A program made the translations under genes and the position numbers. Below, piece by piece: positions 31,293-38,855 of a stretch of DNA of 64,000 nucleotides (within the stretch, counting starts at the first letter, position 1; each line of letters begins with the position of its first letter). The notes under the pieces were generated by a model that saw only the letters and a list, made by a program, of their open reading frames with translations, was not told where the DNA came from and made no database searches. This DNA comes from Janthinobacterium sp. (lineage in GTDB: Bacteria; Pseudomonadota; Gammaproteobacteria; Burkholderiales; Burkholderiaceae_D). Where the stretch lies: positions 1,358-65,357 of the forward strand of contig NZ_RFSK01000030.1 in assembly GCF_009923995.1 (NCBI RefSeq). Direction: 5' to 3'.

Positions 31293-31571
31293 ATGGCGCG
31301 CTCCCCGCACCCCAAGAAAGAAATCGAAGCGGCGCTGCGCCACGCGGAAAGCCAGGGCTGGCGCGTGGAAACGGGCGGCAGCCATGCCTGGGGCAAGATC
31401 TATTGCCCCTACAATAATGACGGCTGCCGTTGCGGCGCATTCTGCATCGCCTGCATCTGGAGCACGCCGAAAAATCCCGGCAACCACGCGCGGGCGATCC
31501 GCCGGGCGGTCGATCATTGCAGCGTGCACAAGCTGCTGCATGCCTTCGAGCAGCGCCAGACCAGGGAATAG
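31293..31571 (+). CDS. HicA-like putative toxin with Cys-rich insertion
   Basis: 92 aa: ALRHAESQGWRVETGGSHAWGKIYCP...CRCGAFCIAC.WSTP; contains the HicA GW..R..GSH pattern; GGAGG upstream. Confidence 0.6.
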   Translation: MARSPHPKKEIEAALRHAESQGWRVETGGSHAWGKIYCPYNNDGCRCGAFCIACIWSTPKNPGNHARAIRRAVDHCSVHKLLHAFEQRQTRE

Positions 31572-31573
31572 CC

Positions 31574-32095
31574 ATGGACTACATCTTCACCCTCAAATAC
31601 CGCCTGCCGGACGACGAAACCGACCTCGACGCGCTGGCCGGGCGCCTGGGCAGCGGCGGCTGCGACGATGCGCTCGTGGGCATCGGGCAAGCGGGCCGCC
31701 TGGCGCTGGAATTCACGCGCGAGGCCGGCAGCGCCAGCGCGGCGCTGCAAAGCGCCATGGCCGACGTGAAAGCCGTCGTGCCCGGCGCCCGCCTCGTCGA
31801 GGCCGCGCCCGACTTCGTGGGGCTGACGGACGTGGCCCAGGTGCTGGGCCTGTCCCGGCAAAACCTGCACAAGCTGATGAACAAACACCGCCACAGCTTT
31901 CCCGCCCCCGTGCACGAAGGCAGCGCCACCATCTGGCACCTGGCCGACGTGCTGGCGTGGCTGCATGCCAGGGGCAGTTACCAGCTGGAACGCGGCCTGA
32001 TCGACGTGGCCCGGGCGGCGCGGCAAATCAACCTGGCGCGGGAAGCGACGCAGACGCCGCCGCTGCCCGCCGACATGAGCGCCCTGCTCGCCTGA
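31574..32095 (+). CDS. HicB-like putative antitoxin with C-terminal AlpA-like HTH
   Basis: N-terminal ...EFTREAGSASAALQSAMADV; C-terminal VGLTDVAQVLGLSRQNLHKL...FPAPV...W..ADVLAWL; starts 2 nt after the upstream stop. Confidence 0.6.
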   Translation: MDYIFTLKYRLPDDETDLDALAGRLGSGGCDDALVGIGQAGRLALEFTREAGSASAALQSAMADVKAVVPGARLVEAAPDFVGLTDVAQVLGLSRQNLHKLMNKHRHSFPAPVHEGSATIWHLADVLAWLHARGSYQLERGLIDVARAARQINLAREATQTPPLPADMSALLA

Positions 32096-32193
32096 TGGGC
32101 CGGGAACTGCGCGAAAACTACGTATTCATACTGATTTCACATAGGAAACACGGACAAAACGTGGTAGGCCCCGCGTTTATTCCCATTTAGACA

Positions 32194-32222
32194 GTGCAAA
32201 ATGCCGGCAAATACGGTATAGT
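32194..32222 (+). promoter_or_regulatory. Candidate sigma70 promoter for the DEAD-box helicase
   Basis: GTGCAA-N17-TATAGT about 265 nt upstream of the helicase ATG. Confidence 0.5.
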
Positions 32223-32489
32223 GTCGTTGTGCGCTGCAATATGTTTCCTTGAAGCGATGGCAACACCGCAGTTACATGCACTACAAACTTAGCAGCTTCG
32301 CAAGCCTTAGCGCATCCACAGGATGCCGCTTAATAAAGCCCTCCCGCCTTGTGTGTCGCACCTGACACCGTCCCGGCGCAAAGCTTTTGTGCCGAAATTT
32401 CTTTCTAGTTGAGTCATTTCGTTTTGGTTGGCGTTGCTATTTTGCGTTCTGCTTTTTGCAAGAACGCTGATTTTCACGAAAGAAAAAGA

Positions 32490-33896
32490 ATGACATTTGA
32501 ATCCTTAGGCCTGCATCCGTCCATCCTCGCCGCTCTGACCGAATCGGGCTACACCGCGCCAACCGCGGTACAGTCGCAAGCGATTCCCGCCGCGATCGAA
32601 GGCCGTGACCTGCTGGTCTCGTCGCAGACCGGTTCGGGCAAGACCGCAGCATTCATGCTGCCGTCGCTGCACAAACTGGCCAGCGCCGAACAAAGCGCCG
32701 CCGGCAAGACGCCGAACCAGGAAATGCAAGCATCGCGCGCCCGTGGCGAGCGTCCACGCTTCAAGGCTGCCCAGCCAAAAATGCTGGTGCTGACGCCGAC
32801 GCGCGAACTGGCCCTGCAAGTGACCACCAACACCGACAAGTACAGCACCGGCATCCGCCGCATCAAGGCCGTATCGATCCTGGGCGGCATGCCTTACCCG
32901 AAACAGATGCAATTGCTGGCCAAGAATCCTGAGATCCTGGTCGCTACCCCTGGCCGTCTGATCGACCACATGGATTCGGGCAAGATCGACTTCTCGCAAC
33001 TGGAAATCCTGGTGCTGGACGAAGCCGACCGCATGCTGGACATGGGTTTCATCGACGACATCGAAAAAATCGTCGAAGCGACGCCGGAAGGCCGCCAGAC
33101 CATGCTGTTCTCGGCAACCCTGGATGGCGTGGTCGGCAACATGGCCCGCCGCATCACGAAAAACCCGCTGGTCATCCAGGTGGCAAGCTCGAGCAACAAG
33201 CATGAAAACATCACGCAGCGCGTGCACTTCGTCGACGACCTGTCGCACAAGAATCGCCTGCTGGACCACCTGCTGCGCGACGAAACGCTGGACCAGGCTG
33301 TTGTGTTCACCGCCACCAAGCGTGACGCCGACACCATCGCCGACCGCCTGAACATCGCCGGTTTCTCGGCTGCCGCCCTGCACGGCGACATGCACCAGGG
33401 CGCGCGTAACCGCACCCTGGACGGCATGCGCCGCGGCCAGGTGAAGGTGCTGGTTGCCACCGACGTTGCCGCCCGCGGCATCGACGTGCCAACGATCACC
33501 CACGTGTTCAACTACGACCTGCCGAAGTTCCCGGAAGACTACGTCCACCGCATCGGCCGTACCGGCCGCGCTGGCCGCAATGGCCTGGCCATCTCGCTGG
33601 TGAACCACGCTGAAGGCATGAACGTCAAGCGCATCGAACGCTTCACCAAGCAATTGATCCCGGTCAATGTCATCGAAGGTTTCGAGCCGAAGAAAACGGC
33701 CTCGGCACCACGTTCGAGCGCCCGTCCAGGCGGCTGGAAACCAGGCGACAACCGCGGCGGCGCGAAACCGGGCCAACGCACGTTCAGCAAGCCGGGCGCA
33801 CCGCGTAAAGACGGCGCACCTAGCACCGGCGGCGGCTACAAGGGTTCCAACCCGCGCAGCACCGACGGCGCACGCCGCAGCTACGGCGACCGTTAA
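32490..33896 (+). CDS. DEAD-box RNA helicase (RhlE/CsdA-like) with basic Gly/Arg-rich tail
   Basis: Q motif, QTGSGKT, PTRELA, TPGRL, DEAD, SAT, HRIGRTGRAG. Confidence 0.95.
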   Translation: MTFESLGLHPSILAALTESGYTAPTAVQSQAIPAAIEGRDLLVSSQTGSGKTAAFMLPSLHKLASAEQSAAGKTPNQEMQASRARGERPRFKAAQPKMLVLTPTRELALQVTTNTDKYSTGIRRIKAVSILGGMPYPKQMQLLAKNPEILVATPGRLIDHMDSGKIDFSQLEILVLDEADRMLDMGFIDDIEKIVEATPEGRQTMLFSATLDGVVGNMARRITKNPLVIQVASSSNKHENITQRVHFVDDLSHKNRLLDHLLRDETLDQAVVFTATKRDADTIADRLNIAGFSAAALHGDMHQGARNRTLDGMRRGQVKVLVATDVAARGIDVPTITHVFNYDLPKFPEDYVHRIGRTGRAGRNGLAISLVNHAEGMNVKRIERFTKQLIPVNVIEGFEPKKTASAPRSSARPGGWKPGDNRGGAKPGQRTFSKPGAPRKDGAPSTGGGYKGSNPRSTDGARRSYGDR

Positions 33897-33931
33897 TCAC
33901 GGTTCCCTGCCGCCAGCAGGCGGCAGACAAT

Positions 33932-33971
33932 AAAAAAACGGCCACCAGATCGCTCTGGTGGCCGTTTTTTT
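33932..33971. terminator. Bidirectional intrinsic terminator
   Basis: AAAAAAACGGCCACCAGA-TCGC-TCTGGTGGCCGTTTTTTT between convergent genes. Confidence 0.9.
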
Positions 33972-33984
33972 ATTGTCCGGCAAT

Positions 33985-34467
33985 TTACTTCTTCGACACC
34001 TTCTGGCGCGACAGCTTGCGCAGCTTGGCCTGCTCGAAGCGCAGCTGCTGCTCCGGCGTCTCCAGCACCAGCGGCGGCACGGCCACGGGCTTGCGGTTGG
34101 CATCCACGGCCACCATGGTGAAGTAGCAGCTGTTGGCGTGGCGCACCAGGCGCTGCTGGATGTTTTCCGTCACCACGCGGATGCCCACTTCCATCGACGT
34201 CGTGCCCGTGTAGTTGATCGAGGCCAGGAAGGTCACCAGTTCGCCCACGTGGATGGGCTGCAGGAACATCACCTGGTCCACGGACAGGGTCACTACGTAG
34301 CTGCCCGAATAGCGGCTGGCGCAGGCATAGGCGACGCTGTCGAGATATTTCAGGATGGTGCCGCCGTGCACGTTGCCGGAAAAGTTGGCCATATCGGGCG
34401 TCATCAGGACCGTCATCGTCAGTTCGTGGGCCGACCAGTTCATCGCGCTGTCCAAAGTGTTCTCCAA
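33985..34467 (-). CDS. Acyl-CoA thioesterase (hotdog fold, YciA-like)
   Basis: ANFSGNVHGGTILKYLD, VTLSVD, GTTSMEVG, YFTMVAVD. Confidence 0.9.
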   Translation of the reverse strand: MENTLDSAMNWSAHELTMTVLMTPDMANFSGNVHGGTILKYLDSVAYACASRYSGSYVVTLSVDQVMFLQPIHVGELVTFLASINYTGTTSMEVGIRVVTENIQQRLVRHANSCYFTMVAVDANRKPVAVPPLVLETPEQQLRFEQAKLRKLSRQKVSKK

Positions 34468-34536
34468 AGGGGATGGTTTATCAATGCATGGGGGATATGA
34501 AAACCGGCCCCAGGGGCCGGTGGCAGGGACCGGCTG

Positions 34537-34905
34537 TTACAGTCCCAGGGTGTCGATGTCGGCCAGCGAGTCGCGGCCCTTGTCGGAAATGTCGTGGCCC
34601 TCGCCTTCGGCGCGCGCCACGATGTGGGCTTTCTTGCCCAGGAAGTAGGCCACGTCCGTGTCCAGCTTGGTCAGCGGATCGGCAGCCACGGCGCGCAAGC
34701 CCATGATGCAGCGGCGCAGGAACAGCATCTGCTGGGCCTTCTCGGTGATGGACAGGCGGCCATCGCGCGCGTAGCTGAGCAGCTTCAGGCCGGACAGGCG
34801 CTTGGCATTGCGAGCAACGCAAGCGCTGGGGCGCTCGGTCTTGATGCCGCGTGCAACTTGCTCCAGCGCGTCATATTCATCGGTTGTTAATTTCTCGTTC
34901 TTCAT
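34537..34905 (-). CDS. Hypothetical protein, possibly two winged-helix-like halves
   Basis: 122-aa ORF MKNEKLTTDEYDALEQVARG...; both halves end in a similar (I)TEKA/(I)SDKG pattern. Confidence 0.6.
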   Translation of the reverse strand: MKNEKLTTDEYDALEQVARGIKTERPSACVARNAKRLSGLKLLSYARDGRLSITEKAQQMLFLRRCIMGLRAVAADPLTKLDTDVAYFLGKKAHIVARAEGEGHDISDKGRDSLADIDTLGL

Positions 34906-35034
34906 TACTTTTCCATAAAAGGCCAGGTGTTCGGCCCCCATGGTACGCGCCCCGCTGCGCATCGGCAACAGGCAACGTGATTCAGCCGCCGCCCGCCCCG
35001 CGGACGGCGCGCTGAAAAGACGCCAGGACGGCGC

Positions 35035-35172
35035 TTATTTGTAGCTGCGCAGCAGCAGCCAGGCCAGGCCGCAACCAGCCACGGCGCCAGCCAGCGCCAG
35101 TGCCACCATGTTCTTGCTGGTGATCACAGGGCGACGGCCCAGGTAAATTTTGTTATGCAAGGAATTGCCCAT
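35035..35172 (-). CDS. Small 45-aa single-TM protein (absent from the ORF track)
   Basis: Manual translation MGNSLHNKIYLGRRPVITSKNMVALALAGAVAGCGLAWLLLRSYK*; RBS CAGGAG 6 nt upstream. Confidence 0.6.
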   Translation of the reverse strand: MGNSLHNKIYLGRRPVITSKNMVALALAGAVAGCGLAWLLLRSYK

Positions 35173-35385
35173 GATGGTCTCCTGTACAAGAATTTTTATG
35201 ATGTCTCATTATAAGAACAGAATCGTGACGGCCGCATGACACACAGCAGTTCAGCCTTGATTTGTATCCACTCGGCAACGTTTATTGGCATTTTTGTTGT
35301 TTAAATGGCGTGGCTATCCGGCCGCCCGCGCAATCCATTTCCGACTAGAAATAAACAGGGCGTGCGGCAGCACGGCGCCTCGCGT

Positions 35386-35556
35386 TCAGCCCATCTTGAC
35401 GGGTGGCGGCGGCGTCGGCTCCTCGACGGGCACGGGCTCCGTGTGGGGCGGCTTTTCCGCTGGCGGCACCAGCGGATCGCCTTCGGGCGGCGGCGGGATA
35501 TCCGGTTCGGGCGTGCTGTGCGCACGCAGCGGGGCGTGACGGGATGGTAGTTGCAT
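35386..35556 (-). CDS. Small 56-aa Pro/Glu-rich protein
   Basis: MQLPSRHAPLRAHSTPEPDIPPPPEGDPLVPPAEKPPHTEPVPVEEPTPPPPVKMG*; strong RBS AAGGAGG. Confidence 0.6.
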   Translation of the reverse strand: MQLPSRHAPLRAHSTPEPDIPPPPEGDPLVPPAEKPPHTEPVPVEEPTPPPPVKMG

Positions 35557-35780
35557 GGTGTGACCTCCTTTGCCTGCAACTGTAGCCCAGGACGGGAAAG
35601 GCTGGCGCCCGCAAGCGGCGCCCTGCCGGCACGCCGTCCCGTGCCAGACGCGGGCCGCGCCGGCCCTGGCCTTCCCGGCCGCCGTGAACAGGCGGCGCGA
35701 AACGTCGGCTTTCTTTACACGCGCGCGCAAAATGGCTGACCCGTTTTTGTAAGTCCTTGAATGTAAATAGAAAGATGAGA

Positions 35781-35795
35781 TGGTACAAATTCTGC
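35781..35795 (+). promoter_or_regulatory. Sigma-54 (-24/-12) promoter for the PEP-CTERM gene
   Basis: TGGTACAAATTCTGC = GG-N10-GC, about 80 nt upstream of the ATG; TTTACA (35714) and TGTAAA (35762) hexamers upstream. Confidence 0.6.
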
Positions 35796-35873
35796 TTGAA
35801 GGGCGTATGAGGTTATCTGAGGCAGACGCCACAGTGACCTGGTCCGATCAACCCTCACGCTGAAGGAAATGCC

Positions 35874-36707
35874 ATGAAACCGCTGTCCTCATTCCTGCGT
35901 CTCGCACTCTCCGCGGCCGTCATCGGCGCCGCGCTGATCAGCGCGCCCGCATCCGCCGGTCCTTTGTTTACCGTCAATGAAGGTTCCGTTCCCGGCGCCG
36001 CCCCCAACCTGGTGGTGGCCGACCGCATCAGCTTTGAATATCACGCGCGCATCGAACAGACCATCGTGGGTGGTCTCGGCGGCGGCAACGATCCCTTCAC
36101 TGAAACGGGCTTCCTGAGCAAGGCCGCGTTCGGCACCCCCGCCAACGGCAGCATTCCATCGCAGCTGAACGCCCTCAATGGCTATGGCATGTATGGCCTG
36201 TTCACCATCACCGGCCAGGCGGACGCCCTGGCTGCCGGCATCCATGCCACCTTCCAGACCCTGACCATGACGCTGTACATCGATCCCAACCAGGATACGA
36301 CGCTGTCGCTCAGCAACGTCGCAGGCTCGCCGGTGAACGTGGGCGGCATCTCCGCGGATGACTATGCAATCGTGACCTACACCCTCGATGTGGGCGAAGC
36401 GCACATTTTCGACGGCCTGGCCCAAGGCGACTTCAAGGCCTTGCTTAACGCGACGCTGACTCCGCAAGGACAATTATTCTTCGTCAATCCCAATCCGTTT
36501 TTCCCCCTGGAGTCTCTCAGCGGGAATACGAACAGTTTCGTCGGCGGCAGCCTGACCGACAGTTTCGTCGCGATGGCCGATGGGGGCGGCCTGGAATTGT
36601 TCCAGGCGGCAGTACCTGAGCCAGGCACGATCGCCCTGCTGGGCATCGGCCTGTTTGGCCTGGGCATGACTGCGCGCCGCCAGCAAGAGGGACAGCGCAA
36701 GTCCTGA
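35874..36707 (+). CDS. PEP-CTERM protein (resembles flocculation-associated PepA)
   Basis: Signal peptide; C-terminal VPEPGTIALLGIGLFGLGMTARR sorting signal. Confidence 0.9.
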   Translation: MKPLSSFLRLALSAAVIGAALISAPASAGPLFTVNEGSVPGAAPNLVVADRISFEYHARIEQTIVGGLGGGNDPFTETGFLSKAAFGTPANGSIPSQLNALNGYGMYGLFTITGQADALAAGIHATFQTLTMTLYIDPNQDTTLSLSNVAGSPVNVGGISADDYAIVTYTLDVGEAHIFDGLAQGDFKALLNATLTPQGQLFFVNPNPFFPLESLSGNTNSFVGGSLTDSFVAMADGGGLELFQAAVPEPGTIALLGIGLFGLGMTARRQQEGQRKS

Positions 36708-36725
36708 CATGGGCATCACCCCGCT

Positions 36726-36757
36726 GAAAAGCCGCCGGCATCCCCGGCGGCTTTTTC
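36726..36757. terminator. Bidirectional intrinsic terminator
   Basis: GAAAAGCCGCCGG-loop-CCGGCGGCTTTTTCC between convergent genes. Confidence 0.8.
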
Positions 36758-36786
36758 CGCTGCGGCAGCGCCCCGGCGCATGCCGT

Positions 36787-37896
36787 TCACGCCGGCGGCC
36801 TTGCCTCGGCCGGCGCCACCAGCAAGTCCTGCAGCGGCCGGCGCAGGGAACGGGCCTGCGCCGCCGGCCCGGCGCCCAGGCGGCCGAGAAACACGGCCCG
36901 CCCGGCGGCCGCCGTCCCCAGCACGGCCTGGCATTGCGCCGCCAGGTCCTGCGCCAATTCCTGCATGCCATCCGTGCGGGAAAAGGCCCGCCGTTCGCGC
37001 ACGTAGCGGGAAAAGATCAGCGGCGTCAATTCCGGCTGCAGTTGCAGGCCCAGCTGCGTGGCCGTCAGCCAGAAGCGCTGCACGGCCCTGCCGGCCGCCA
37101 CATAGTCGTCCGTGTGGCGCGGCGGCGCCTCGGCCAGCAGCAGGAAATGCGCGCCGCAGTAGATACCTGGCAGCAAGTCCATCTGCAGGCGCGGCGCGAC
37201 GGTGCCCGCCAGCCAGGTATTGAAGAAGTCCACGCGGCGCCAGCTTTGCATGACCCAGCGCATCAGCCGCGCCGTCATGGGGTCCACGCCCAATGCCTGG
37301 TCCGGGATGCGGTCGGCGCTGTAGCGCGCGCCCCACTCGATGACGTCGCGGTGCACCTTGTGCGCTTCGGGCATGGTCAGGCGCAGGCGGGCATTGTCGA
37401 ACATCAGGCGCGCGCAGGCCAGGCGCGCGCGCCAGCCCTCGAACCATTGCACCTGGTAGCCCGGCGGCAGGCTGGCCGCCAGCGCCGCCTTTTCGCTGGC
37501 GCGCAGGCGGCGCGTGCTGAGCCGGCGCCGCTGCACGCTGCGCCGGGGCAGGAAGGCCGCCAGCGGGTCGGGCGCCAGGCCGGGACTGTCGACAAAATGC
37601 ACGTCGAAGGTGGGCAAGGTCTCGGGCATGTCCGCGCGCCGGCGCGCCGCCATGCGCAAGCCATGGCTGCTGGCCGCCAGCGCCATGCTTTCCAGCAAGG
37701 CACCCAGCGACAGCTGGCTGGGATGGCCGTCGAGGTCGTACACGCAATGGCTGCGCGTATCGAAGCCGTGCACGACGACGTGGCGCCCGTCGACGACTTC
37801 GAAGCGCCACGGCTGCGTATTGTCGCCGCTGGGCGCCCAGCGCGCCTGGTCGAGGATGTTTTCCAGGACGGGATCGATCTGCAGTGCTGGCGCCAT
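36787..37896 (-). CDS. Nitroreductase-like protein (often labelled MoeY-like)
   Basis: ARWAPSGDNTQPWRF, RRSVQRR, AGRAVQRFWLTATQLGL. Confidence 0.82.
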   Translation of the reverse strand: MAPALQIDPVLENILDQARWAPSGDNTQPWRFEVVDGRHVVVHGFDTRSHCVYDLDGHPSQLSLGALLESMALAASSHGLRMAARRRADMPETLPTFDVHFVDSPGLAPDPLAAFLPRRSVQRRRLSTRRLRASEKAALAASLPPGYQVQWFEGWRARLACARLMFDNARLRLTMPEAHKVHRDVIEWGARYSADRIPDQALGVDPMTARLMRWVMQSWRRVDFFNTWLAGTVAPRLQMDLLPGIYCGAHFLLLAEAPPRHTDDYVAAGRAVQRFWLTATQLGLQLQPELTPLIFSRYVRERRAFSRTDGMQELAQDLAAQCQAVLGTAAAGRAVFLGRLGAGPAAQARSLRRPLQDLLVAPAEARPPA

Positions 37897-38766
37897 TTAT
37901 GCCCCCTGCGCCGCGCGGCGCCGCTTGATGATGGCCATCGCCAGGCGTTGCAGCGGGTGGCGGTTGCCGCCGGGACGCCAGGTATGCACGAGCTTGTTGC
38001 GGTAGGCATCGAAATGCTGGCCGTGCGGCGCCGCCAGCACCTTGCCGCGTTTCAACAAGATCTTCAACGCTTCCGTGGCGGCCGCGCCCGCGCACAGCTG
38101 GCAGCCCATGATGGTCGACGGCCCGCGCCGCTCCTTCAGATTGATGGCGGACGGGTCCACCAGGTAGGGGCCGTGCAGGCCGGCCGGCGCCAGCCCGACG
38201 AGGAAGCGCAGGGCTTTTTCTTCCTCGGGCAAGTCGCCCCAGCCGAAATATTCCTCGAACGTCATGCCGCCCGGCAAGAAGTTGAGCACGGCCGTGCCCA
38301 TGCCCAGCGGCGCGGCCGTGATGGCGGGGATGCCCAGGTGCGCGCAGCGGGCGAACGTGGCCTGGCGCGCGGGGAAAGCGAAGAAATCTAGGCCATCCAC
38401 GTACAGGTCCACGCCGTCGAAGAATTCGGCCAGATTGCTGTCATGTATGCCATCGGGAAATTGTTTAATCTCCAGTTCGGGATTGATATCCCGCGCCATC
38501 TGCGCCAGCACGGCCACCTTGGGCTGGCCCAGGGTAGAGACCATGGCGCCCGCCTGGCGGTTGAAGTTGGCGATATCGAAGGTGTCGAAGTCGGCGATGT
38601 GGAAGGCGCCGATGCCCAGCCGCGCCAGGGTCAGCAAATGCACGCCGCCCACGCCCCCCATGCCGGCGATGGCCACGCGCTTGCCGCGCAAGCTCTCCTG
38701 CTCCGCCTGCGTGACCCAGCCCAGGTTGCGGGCGAACGCCGCGTGATAGGAAAAACCGTCTGTCAT
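37897..38766 (-). CDS. ThiF family adenylyltransferase
   Basis: IAGMGGVGG, ADFDTFDIANFNRQ, GQPKV, VDGLD; no Zn-binding CxxC pairs; abuts the nitroreductase gene. Confidence 0.88.
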   Translation of the reverse strand: MTDGFSYHAAFARNLGWVTQAEQESLRGKRVAIAGMGGVGGVHLLTLARLGIGAFHIADFDTFDIANFNRQAGAMVSTLGQPKVAVLAQMARDINPELEIKQFPDGIHDSNLAEFFDGVDLYVDGLDFFAFPARQATFARCAHLGIPAITAAPLGMGTAVLNFLPGGMTFEEYFGWGDLPEEEKALRFLVGLAPAGLHGPYLVDPSAINLKERRGPSTIMGCQLCAGAAATEALKILLKRGKVLAAPHGQHFDAYRNKLVHTWRPGGNRHPLQRLAMAIIKRRRAAQGA

Positions 38767-38855
38767 GCTCACCTCTACTCTACGTCCGCGAAGGACCAAG
38801 AAGGGTTTGACAGACGATCAGGCGCCAAGTTCCCTTGCGCTCAAGAAAAAGTCGC

